Origin: Octopus sinensis | Lineage: Eukaryota | NCBI RefSeq assembly: GCF_006345805.1 | Contig: NW_021826043.1 | Coordinates: 1-13,982 of the forward strand | Length of the DNA stretch: 13,982 nt | Direction: 5' to 3' | Shown here: one piece after another, positions 1 through 8,659 of the stretch | How the letters are laid out: every line of letters starts with the position of its first letter | Position numbering within the stretch: the first letter of the stretch is position 1 | The notes under the pieces: model-generated | The model's database searches: none | What the model was told of the DNA's origin: nothing | Seen by the model: the letters and a program-made list of their open reading frames with translations, nothing else | Position numbers and translations under genes: made by a program

Positions 1-60
1 TAGTAAGTAGTAGTAGTAGTAGTTTATGATCATCGTCATCGTCATTATTGTTGTTATTAT
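1..60. repeat. (TAG)n microsatellite followed by CAT/TTA low-complexity sequence
   Basis: Direct reading: tagtagtagtagtag, then catcgtcatcgtcattattgttgttattat. Confidence 0.8.
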
Positions 61-300
61 CAAGGTATCATCAACGTCGATTCGATTATCAGATAACTTA
101 GGCAACATCATCGATCTTCTTTAAGAATTATAAAAGAGATTATTCTGGAACACAAATAAGGATTAACTCGTATTAATGAAATTTCTTTTGGCTTTTCACT
201 TACATGTCAAAAACGGAAAAAGAAAATAAAAGATATGCAATTCAGACTGGCTGATGGGAGAAAGTGAAATGTAGAAAGCAGTACAGAATACAAGAAAGAG

Positions 301-302
301 AG

Positions 303-338
<36 letters not shown>
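301..338. repeat. (GA)n microsatellite
   Basis: Direct reading of the agagagag run. Confidence 0.95.
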
Positions 339-345
<7 letters not shown>

Positions 346-751
346 AAAAAGAGAAAGAGAACAGGGGAGAGAGTGATGGTGTGGGAGAAAAAAAGCAGAA
401 AATGAGGAAGGAAGAAATTATGAATGATCAGGTTAAGTTGGAGCCGAGTGTAGAATATATTTCTCAAGATAAAAATATTTATGGAAAAGGTCTTAACACT
501 TCAGGTTTTCAGCCATTGATTCTGTAAGTTATAGCTTAATAAATCTGTTTCCACTACCACCCATAACCCCAAATCCCTTGAGGGCTAATCAACTAGTAGG
601 AGACGTAGAATATTTTAATGATGAGTATTTTATTTGTTCATTGCATTATCACAAAGTCTGATTGTTTTGTTTGTTATTTTTCTTCTTTTTCGTTTTCCTT
701 TTCGTCTTTTTTTCTGTATGTTATTTCTAAATTATTTTCACAAGAACAACA

Positions 752-785
752 TTCATCCTTCTGGGGTGGATAAATTAAATATCAT
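752..785 (+). mobile_element. Short decayed remnant of SINE family A (central domain)
   Basis: ttcatccttctggggtggataaattaaatatca aligns with ttcatcctttcgaggtcgagaaattaagtacca in the fuller copy at 9088-9298. Confidence 0.55.
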
Positions 786-973
786 TGTAATTCCGGGTTC
801 GGATAAAGAAAATATCCGTCAAGTTCTGGGGTCACCAAGTTCTGTGGAAATCTGTGGTCGATATAATCAATCAGAGATTTCTACACTTGTAGCTTTACCT
901 CTCTGTTAAAAATGCACCAATTGCCCACCCCATACCCACCTCATTCACCTCCACTTACTCTGTTATTGTTATT

Positions 974-1092
974 AAGGCAGTTAGTACGCCGAGCAAAATG
1001 CTTAGCAATATTTCGTCTGTCTTTAAGTTCTGTGTTCAAATTTCACCGAAGTCGACTTCGCCTTTTCTTTCAGGGTCGAAAAAATAAGTACC
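974..1092 (+). mobile_element. Diverged, internally deleted SINE family A copy (tRNA-derived head plus central domain)
   Basis: Colinear with 9088-9215: ttagtacgccgagcaaaatgcttagc...gttcaaatt (B box)...gtcgactt.gcctt...ggtcga...aagtacc. Confidence 0.85.
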
Positions 1093-1235
1093 CGACTTAC
1101 CCTCTACTCCAAAATTGCTGGCCCTGTTCCAAAATTTGAAACCATCATTTAAAAAATTTTCTTTTTCATTTACGCAGAACAGATTAGACTGCTGGAAGAA
1201 ATTCCTTAACATTGGGCTACAATATGTAATAATAG

Positions 1236-2157
1236 ATGCCAAAGACTTTCCTAAGTATCCAGCTGCATCCTGTTTTCTGGAGCTGCATTGAAATAGGTTT
1301 TATGCCTATTTATTCTATCCATGTGTTAAAATCTTTAAGAATAGTTCCTAATGCACCTATAAATACAGGAATATATTTTACCCGCATTTTCCATAGCCAC
1401 TACAATGGAGAGATCCTGGTGCTTTGTTACTTGCTCTATATCTCTCATCTTGAGGGACTGCAAAGTCAATTATCTGGAAATTTCCGTTCTCCTTGTTTCC
1501 AATCAGTCCATTTAGTTTCTATTATCCTGTTGGTCTGAATGGTAAAATCTCACATCTTATATTTCTTACTTTCTGGTACTAGGTTCGATTTCATACCCTT
1601 TATCAGTATGGTCAAATCCTAGCTATCTACATAGCTTCCAGTAGATTTTTCTCCTGATCTTGTCATTCTTTTGCATTCTTTCTGTGGCAGCATACTATAT
1701 CTACTAACTATGTAACATTTACTTCATGCGGTTTACATAATCTACATAACCTACATAGAGAATCTACCTGTCATTTGTCTATCTTCGCTTTTATTCAGTT
1801 AGTCCTCAATGCCTGACCTTGTTCTGCTACCAAGAAACTTTCAGTCACTCTTTTCAAACCTCCTTTCTGCAACCATATCTCACTATTACTAATTTCTGCA
1901 ATCATCTTTGGAAATCTACCATGCAAAACCTTCTCTTGCCAGTCAAATAATCTTGCTTCTTTTTTTCTGGTTTTTAACTGTATTTGGCTTTTGGTTTCCC
2001 TGTTTCCTATTGCTACATTAGCAACTCTTGATAAAATTTCCGCACTATCACTTACACAGGCTATATCTACTCTAGCTAACTCCACTACCTTTACCACCTT
2101 CCTTTCTAAGTAAATAAAACATCTGCTAACCATTAAATATATCTCTAGGGGAGTCAA
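1236..2157 (-). pseudogene. Heavily decayed 3' fragment of an R4/Dong-like non-LTR retrotransposon ORF (post-RT region, zinc knuckle, RLE)
   Basis: Manual minus-strand translation across stops and frameshifts gives W.EKVLHGRF, WLQKGGLKRVTESFLVAEQGQALRTN, IKAKID..SLCRLC, (H)DKIRRKIYWKLC, *DFTIQTNR, IIDFAVP.D, LWKMRVKYIPVFIGALG, LQK...ILRKV. These motifs are in the same order as in the element at 12666-13982. Confidence 0.85.
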
Positions 2158-2198
2158 AACCGTGTGGTTGTTGTTTGATACTCCAGAGGAAGGGTAAA

Positions 2199-2284
2199 GA
2201 ATTTGAACTCAGAACGTAGCGACAGATGAAATACCGCTAAGTATTTCGTCTGGCGTGCTAATATTTCTGCCAGCTCGCCGCCTT
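2199..2284 (-). mobile_element. 5' (tRNA-derived) part of SINE family A
   Basis: Reverse complement aaggcggcgagctggcagaaatattagcacgccagacgaaatacttagcggtatttc...gagttcaaattc matches the start of the copy at 9088. Confidence 0.9.
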
Positions 2285-2378
2285 GTATTAATATCCTTAT
2301 CATCATTCACCTCATCAATGTCTTTGTCCAGCCCGCAAGCTACTCTGTATCGTGCTTTTATGGCAAAAGTTTTGAAAC

Positions 2379-2683
2379 AAGTATCTTGCTTACCAACCAC
2401 ATGGTTCCAGGTTCATTTCCACTGCGTGGCACCTTGGGCAAGTGTCTTCTACTATAGCCTCGGGTCTACCAAAACCTTGTGAGTGGATTTGGTTGACAGA
2501 AACTGAAAGAAGCTTGTCGTATATATGTATATATATATATATATATATATAACAAAGTGGAGTTGTGGAAACCGATAGAATAAGTACTAGGCTTACAAAA
2601 AATAAGTCCTGGGCTCCATTTGCTCGACTAAAGGCGGTGCTCCAGCATGGCTGCAGTCAAATGACAGAAACAAGCAAAAAGAG
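2379..2683 (+). mobile_element. SINE family B copy, 5'-truncated, with internal (TA)n and an internal deletion
   Basis: Colinear with 3197-3590: cttgcttaccaaccacatggttcc.ggttca..ccactgcgtggcaccttgggcaagtgtcttc...ccgatagaataagtactaggcttaca...ggtgctccagcatgg...gaaacaag. Confidence 0.9.
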
Positions 2684-2692
2684 CACGTACAA

Positions 2693-3050
2693 GCATACAT
2701 GCATACATATATGCATATATACATGCATAAATACATATATACACACATACATACATACATACATATTTACATACATACATACATATATACATACATATAT
2801 ACATACATACATACATACATACATTCATACATACGTACGTACATACATACATACATACATTACATATTACATACATATATACATACATACATACGTACGT
2901 ACATATATACATACATACATACATACATACAGACATACATACATACATACATACATACATACATACATACATACATACATACATACAAACATACATGCAT
3001 ACATACATACGCAGGTACGCCCACATACACTCATGCACACACATACGTAC
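2693..3050. repeat. Long imperfect (TACA)n tetranucleotide array
   Basis: Direct reading; accounts for the HTYI/MYVC ORFs in the track. Confidence 0.97.
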
Positions 3051-3173
3051 ATTAATATTTGTTACATCTACGAAACTTCTAACGTTGAGCACAAAGGAAT
3101 ACGTTGCACCCTTTTAGGTTTTTGTACGTCAATACCAAAGAAAACAATCCATATAAATTCATGCAAGCACACA

Positions 3174-3600
3174 GGCGCAGGAGTGGCTGTGTGGTAAGTA
3201 GCTTGCTAACCAACCACATGGTTCTGGGTTCAGTCCCACTGCGTGGCAACTTGGGCAAGTGTCTTCTGCTATAGCCTCGGGCCGACCAAAGCCTTGTGAG
3301 TGGATTTGGTAGACGGAAACTGAAAGAAGCCTGTCGTATATTTGTATATATATATATATATATTTGCATGTGTGTGTATATGTTTGTGTGTCTGTGTTTG
3401 TCCCCCCAACAACGCTTGACAACCGATGCTAGTGTGTTTACGTCCCCGTAACTTAGCGGTTCGGCATAAGAGACCGATAGAATAAGTACTAGGCTTACAA
3501 AGAATAAGTCCTGGGGTCGATTTGCTCGATTAAAAGGTGGTGCTCCAGCATGGCCACAGTCGAATGACTGAAACAAGTAAAAGAGTAAAAGAGTAAAGAG
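3174..3600 (+). mobile_element. Near full-length tRNA-derived SINE family B with CORE-like segment, internal TA/TG microsatellite and (GTAAAAGA)n-like tail
   Basis: A-box-like TGGCTGTGTGG (3183-3193), B-box-like GGGTTCAGTCCC (3226-3237), CORE-like cttgggcaagt, tail gtaaaagagtaaaagagtaaagag; second copy at 2379-2683. Confidence 0.9.
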
Positions 3601-3675
3601 TATGTGTTTGTGTGTGTGTGTGTGCGTGTGTGTGTGTGAATGTGTGTGTGCGTGTGTGTGTGTGTGTGTTTGTGT
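3601..3675. repeat. (TG)n microsatellite
   Basis: Direct reading. Confidence 0.95.
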
Positions 3676-3833
3676 GAACCAAATCAAAGACACCCCTTTA
3701 ACAAAAATATATACCCTAATAACAAAGTAACCTAACTCCCGTTCACACCCAAAATGCAGCTCTAATGACAATAACTGATTCGAAAATACGCCACATCCGA
3801 TCAACATCACACGTAATGCAACTACCACCATCG

Positions 3834-3995
3834 CTACTACTACTACTACTACACTACTACTACTAGCACACTACTGCAAAATACTACTACTACTACTACT
3901 ACTACTGCTACTACTACTGCTACTACTGCTGCTGCTGCTGCTGCTACTACTACTACTGCTACTACTACTACTACTAGCACACTACTGCAAAATAC
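3834..3995. repeat. (CTA)n/(CTG)n compound microsatellite with a duplicated 24-bp non-repeat block
   Basis: tactagcacactactgcaaaatac occurs at 3861-3884 and 3972-3995. Confidence 0.92.
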
Positions 3996-4084
3996 CCTGG
4001 CTGCACCCCTACTACATCTCCCATCGGCGCATATGCGTCAATTTCTCTACACAAGTCAAACTAACCAGACAACAACCTTGAACA

Positions 4085-4088
4085 AACA

Positions 4089-4130
<42 letters not shown>

Positions 4131-4188
4131 AATATATACACAAATACACACACACACGGATATACATACACACAGGCACACATCCACA

Positions 4189-4221
<33 letters not shown>

Positions 4222-4272
4222 CACAAATACACACACACGTGGATATACATACATACAGGCACACATCCACAT

Positions 4273-4303
<31 letters not shown>

Positions 4304-4348
4304 CACAAATACACACACACGTGGATATACATACATACAGGCACACAT

Positions 4349-4380
<32 letters not shown>

Positions 4381-4385
4381 GCATA
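4085..4385. repeat. About 82-83-bp minisatellite (3 units) built from CA/TA microsatellite segments
   Basis: caaatacacacacac..ggatatacata.a.acaggcacacat recurs at 4141, 4224 and 4306. Confidence 0.92.
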
Positions 4386-4571
4386 CATACAATCACTAAA
4401 TATCAGCCACTTCTGCATTCACTCTCACTACCACTTCACAGTCGATACGCCATCACGCGCGCGCGCACACACACACACTGCTGTACACACAACAGAGAAC
4501 AACGTCAAAACTGCAAACACTATATATATCATGTAATCACAAACACAAAAATATACTCAGGTATACAAAGA

Positions 4572-4573
<2 letters not shown>

Positions 4574-4613
<40 letters not shown>

Positions 4614-4697
4614 ATATATATATACAATATGTTACATTACTCGGTAGTCAAGATAAACTCTAAGTTTCAGATGCCGATATATATATATATATATATA
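4574..4697. repeat. Two (TA)n tracts separated by a 53-bp non-repetitive spacer (4625-4677)
   Basis: Direct reading. Confidence 0.9.
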
Positions 4698-4815
4698 AAA
4701 GAAGCAATAAAGATTCAAGTTATTTAAAAAATTTAAAAATTTACTTGAATATGGTACCTAACTTAGATGCACCAAAAAAAACTATACTGATTTAACAATA
4801 CAGTAATGGGGTGAT

Positions 4816-5077
4816 TATAAGCGAGAAAGAAGCAACAAGAATGGATAGGTTTAGTACGATCGTTTATACAAGGACAGGTTTTATTAAAAGTTGCAAAGAT
4901 TTAAACATATAAACGAGTCCCGTACTCATCAGCTAAAATACATGTAAGTTCTCTAGACATCCTAGTGTTGAGGCTATACTCATGAAGTCTTTGCAACTTT
5001 TAATAAAACCTGTCCTTGTATGAAAAACGATTCGTACTAAAAACCTATCCATTCTTGTTGCTTCTTTCTCGCTTATA
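4816..5077. mobile_element. Foldback/MITE-like element: 84-bp and 90-bp inverted arms around an 88-bp spacer, TATA at both ends
   Basis: 4816-4899 equals the reverse complement of 4988-5077 at all 84 aligned positions, with three small indels (2, 1 and 3 nt). The inverted repeat is certain; the transposon interpretation is inferred. Confidence 0.75.
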
Positions 5078-5238
5078 TATATATATATATATACTGAGAG
5101 AGAGGGGAGAAAGGAGAGAGAGGGAGAAACAAACAGCCGACAGACAATCAGACAGTCAGATAGATATGAGTATGTATGTTATATCTATATATATATAATA
5201 TATATTAGATATACGGTATATATATAGATTATATAATA

Positions 5239-5279
<41 letters not shown>

Positions 5280-5400
5280 TGTATATTATATATAGTATAT
5301 AATATATATATATATATATTATATATATATATATTATCGGTGCATCAGCATGGCCGCAGCTCTGACTGAAAATATATATATATATATATATATAATATAT
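5074..5400. repeat. Compound (TA)n, (GA)n, (GACA)n low-complexity block
   Basis: Direct reading. Confidence 0.93.
5338..5371 (+). mobile_element. Isolated fragment of the SINE family B 3' tail inside (TA)n
   Basis: cggtgcatcagcatggccgcagctctgactgaaa resembles cggtgctccagcatggctgcagtcaaatgacagaaa (2636-2670) and tggtgctccagcatggccacagtcgaatgactgaaa (3538-3573). Confidence 0.65.
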
Positions 5401-5403
5401 GTG

Positions 5404-5587
5404 TGTTGGTGCGGTGTGTGTGTGGGTATTTGTGTGGTGTGAGAAAGAGAGAGAGAGAGAGAGAGACCGGGAGGACCGGGAGGAAACAGAGACACAGGGG
5501 GAGAGAGAGAGGCAGAAGGATAGAAGGAGGGAGGCAGACAAACAGATAAATAGATAGATAGACAGATAGACAAACAGACAGACAGAT
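5404..5587. repeat. Compound (GT)n, (GA)n, (GATA)n/(GACA)n repeats
   Basis: Direct reading. Confidence 0.9.
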
Positions 5588-5771
5588 AAACCAAATTATC
5601 TACTGCATCCATCTCCCACACGGACACCACGAAACCACGTTTTCTCCTGGTGGCCAATGGCGCTGAATGTGAAGTTGGTTGAGAGTCAATTCCTAATTGG
5701 TTCACATCAAACAACAAACGGTCATCCCTCACAGACACAACAAACTCAATTGATAAACCTGGCCAACAATG

Positions 5772-5896
5772 CCACCGTCACCACCACCACCACCACCACC
5801 ACCACCACCACCACCGCCGCCGCCACTATTACCACCAGCGCAACTACCATCACCATCATCATCATCATTATCATCATCATCATCATCATCATCATT

Positions 5897-5963
<67 letters not shown>

Positions 5964-6770
5964 CCACCACCACCACCACCATCCGTATATAACTACCCCA
6001 ACCGACATCACATCCGTCATCAAGAAGGCTACGAAAAATATAATGCCACCATCACTATCACCATCGCCACCACCAACAAAAACGCAACCTCCATTACGAC
6101 TAATAACATGATCACCATCGCAATCAACAGCAAAACTGCCATCGTTATAATTCGGTTACCATCACGACTACCATCGCGACCATCACAACCACTAACTTCA
6201 ACACAGCTACCGCTGCCATTAGCAACGCAACCACATTGCCACTACTACCATCGCTATCACAACTACCACTACCCTCACAACAGCCATCACCGTCGCAATC
6301 AACATCACCATCGCAGTCAACATCACCACCACCACCACCACTATCAGAGCTATCATCACCATCACAACCACCATCACCATTACAACCAACATCACCACCA
6401 TCACAACCACTGCCACCATCATAATCATCATCACAAACACTCCACCACCACCACTACTACCATCACAATCGCCACTGCCAACACCACCATAACCACAACT
6501 CCACCATCACAAACACCAGCACTGCTTTGAAAATCAAGGTTGCTATCACTGCAATACGAACTACCGCCATCACCTCTACTACCACAGTCATCACCGCTAT
6601 CACACTACCACCACAACTACAACAAGGTCAATCCTACACCATCACAAATGTCACCACTACCACCACTACTGTAGTTACGACTATCATCACCACCATCACC
6701 TCTTCGTCCATCTCTATCTCTGTCACCATGCCGCCATCATTAACACCATGCCGCCATCATTAACGCCATC
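5772..6770. repeat. About 1-kb (CAC)n/(CAT)n trinucleotide and cryptic low-complexity region, ending in a 20-bp tandem duplication
   Basis: Pure CAC and CAT runs at 5778-5980; caccatgccgccatcattaa twice at 6724-6763. Confidence 0.93.
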
Positions 6771-6988
6771 GAAGAGGTCGTCTACCAATACATTACACTC
6801 TCGACTTCACCTTAGACTAGATGCTTTGTCTCCTCTCTCTTTATATTCGAACTCCTCTACTACAGTCTTTGCTCATAAGAAGTAGTTAGATTGCTCCATA
6901 GTAATACCACTCTCTTATATCTATAACACCTTCTTCCATCAATCATAAAGTATTACCCCTCTTTTAGTCAACTAAACTGAACCTCTCT

Positions 6989-7025
6989 TCCTAATCCCAC
7001 ACACCAGCGGTGTATGGGATTAGGA
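6989..7025. other. 37-nt hairpin/palindrome (17-bp stem with one mismatch, 3-nt loop)
   Basis: tcctaatccca-c-acacc agc ggtgt-a-tgggattagga. Confidence 0.85.
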
Positions 7026-7149
7026 TTTCTTGCTCCATAGACTGGTTTCATGCGAGACAATTTTCCCTTGGCCCGGGTGATCAGGAGCACATAAGAGACA
7101 AAAGCATCCATAACATGTAATTTATCATGCATGTAATTCCCTTATTAAA

Positions 7150-7180
7150 CACACACACACACACACACACACACCACACA
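7150..7180. repeat. (CA)n microsatellite
   Basis: Direct reading. Confidence 0.95.
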
Positions 7181-7569
7181 TAGTCTCGCGGTCCTGTTGT
7201 CTGCTAGAGGATGGAAGAGGCTTGCTCCCCCTACTAGCAATATATAAGTATATACTGGGTACAGCATCGCACTGATAACCAGCTGGCGGAAGATTTACCT
7301 GGGTTAAACTCGTACTAACACGGAGCAGCCACTTTGATGTGCCGAATAAATTTACTTGTTAGTATAGTTAATTCTCTGATCTCTTCTTGAGATTTTATTA
7401 CCAGCTATTTTGCCTATATATATATATGGCAAATATTATTATTTGCAATTTTTACAATTTTACAATACCGATATAAACTAGTACTTTCATGCGTTGCACA
7501 ATCATCATGTTTACGTAGTGCAGGCGTGTTTCAGAACTGACAACTGTGCGTGTATGTGTGAATACAAGC

Positions 7570-7616
7570 ACACACACACACACCACACACACATATATAT
7601 ATATATATATTATATA

Positions 7617-7647
<31 letters not shown>

Positions 7648-7744
7648 TATATACAACTACATATACTATATAGATATATATATATATTATATATATATAT
7701 ATATATAATATATATATTATAATATATATATATATATATATATA
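7570..7744. repeat. (CA)n then long imperfect (TA)n
   Basis: Direct reading. Confidence 0.95.
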
Positions 7745-7940
7745 GGAGAGTTTACGAAAAAAACAAAAGACCATGACAGGTGGTGTACAAAACAGATGAC
7801 TGTATTAGTATAACGCTCAGGAATAGAAAAAGTCTTCTACGTTTCGAGCCTACGCTCTTCTACAGAAAGGGACACAGAAAAAACAAGGAGAGAAACAAGA
7901 AGAGAAAAATGTGTGTAGTGGTTAACGATCTATCATGGTG
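7745..7940 (-). mobile_element. About 196-bp element embedded in (TA)n carrying a hammerhead-like motif; possible Penelope-like terminal-repeat remnant or retrozyme-like element
   Basis: Sharp (TA)n boundaries on both sides and an internal minimal hammerhead topology. Family assignment is inferred from the known association of minimal hammerheads with Penelope-like elements. Confidence 0.55.
7834..7869 (-). ncRNA. Minimal type I hammerhead-ribozyme-like motif with non-canonical core
   Basis: Minus strand: CUUU-CUGUAGA-A-GAGC-GUAG-GCUC-GAAAC-GUA-GAAG. Stem I CUUU/GAAG (one G-U), stem II GAGC/GCUC with tetraloop, loopless palindromic ACGU stem III, NUH triplet GUA. Core deviates at position 6 (U for A) and has an extra A after A9. 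Confidence 0.55.
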
Positions 7941-7945
7941 ATATA

Positions 7946-7981
<36 letters not shown>

Positions 7982-8028
7982 TGTATGTATGTATGTATGT
8001 ATGTATGTATGTATGTATGTATGTATGT
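7941..8028. repeat. (TA)n then (TATG)n
   Basis: Direct reading. Confidence 0.96.
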
Positions 8029-8137
8029 TGTGTATATATATATACACATATAATTCATATATAATACAAAACACTGCGCAGAGTGCAATAGTTAATGAAA
8101 CAGAAATAAATTTTAAAATTTAATTCTTTCTGTGTAG

Positions 8138-8387
8138 CCCGGCACGAAATGATCCACGGCTTATCCAATATTGGTCTACGGCCCGATGGTTCTGGACCCT
8201 GCACTACAATATCCCCTGTATCAATCCTTCGTCTCAACAATGTCATCCTATTGACATTCCCCCCACCCCTGTTTTCCCCCCAGTTGCAGCCATCCAAACT
8301 GAACATCAACTCTATGAATTCTACATGTGTAGCTTGGTTAGCATGCATCATAGACACAGTACCTTCCTCTTGACTTATAAAAGTTAA
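8138..8387 (+). other. Weak candidate terminal exon (unverified)
   Basis: Acceptor-like tttaattctttctgtgtag ends at 8137; frame 8139-8387 is open for 82 codons (PARNDPRLIQYWSTARWFWTLHYNIP...TYKS*); AATAAA at 8497. No recognisable protein family. Confidence 0.2.
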
Positions 8388-8659
8388 AAATATCATTACA
8401 TTTTCAATTTGACCGAGTGGTTAAGTCTGAAACAGTATTGATTATATATAAAACTGTTCAATCAAGTCTGACCTGAAGCTAGACAGCAACAGCTGCAATA
8501 AAAAGGAACAGTTACTACTTCTCTTGCCAGTAGTTGGCTGTGGAAAATGGATGATTATCACAACATCTTCTACCACTTTTTCATACTTTCTCCAAATGTC
8601 AGGATGAATTCACAGCTTGCCAAGAAGAAAACAATTATTGGCGTCGATGAAAGCAAATA

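Noticed and set aside
634-909. 91-aa ORF after a long pyrimidine tract as an exon
   Set aside because: The N-terminal half is T-rich low complexity and the middle is a SINE A remnant (752-785); the acceptor would be a weak AAG.
3772-3787. taactgatt(t)cgaaaat shared with 12542-12558
   Set aside because: A short AT-rich match with no extension on either side; likely chance.
2565-4574. Long ORFs rich in HTYI, MYVC, CV or TH repeats (up to 250 aa)
   Set aside because: They are translations of (TACA)n, (CA)n, (TG)n and SINE sequence, open in several frames on both strands.
4845-4940. CUGAUGA-GUAC on the minus strand inside the inverted-repeat spacer (4926-4932) as a hammerhead
   Set aside because: The matching GUAC is followed by UAAAC rather than GAAAC, and stems I and III do not pair.
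5590-5740. Minus-strand frame containing RRKR (furin-like site)
   Set aside because: No credible acceptor or donor and no homology; a four-residue motif is expected by chance.
5657-6763. 253-aa poly-P/S/H ORF and overlapping poly-T/I/M ORFs
   Set aside because: Products of CAC/CAT trinucleotide runs, which lack stops in most frames; no domain or splice support.
7266-7320. CUGAUAA-CCAG...CUGG-GUUAAAC hammerhead-like string
   Set aside because: Two core positions are wrong and there is no adjacent stem I.
8259-8282. G-rich minus-strand tract (G6-N6-G4-T-G6) as a G-quadruplex
   Set aside because: Only three separable G3+ tracts, so it does not meet the canonical four-tract pattern.
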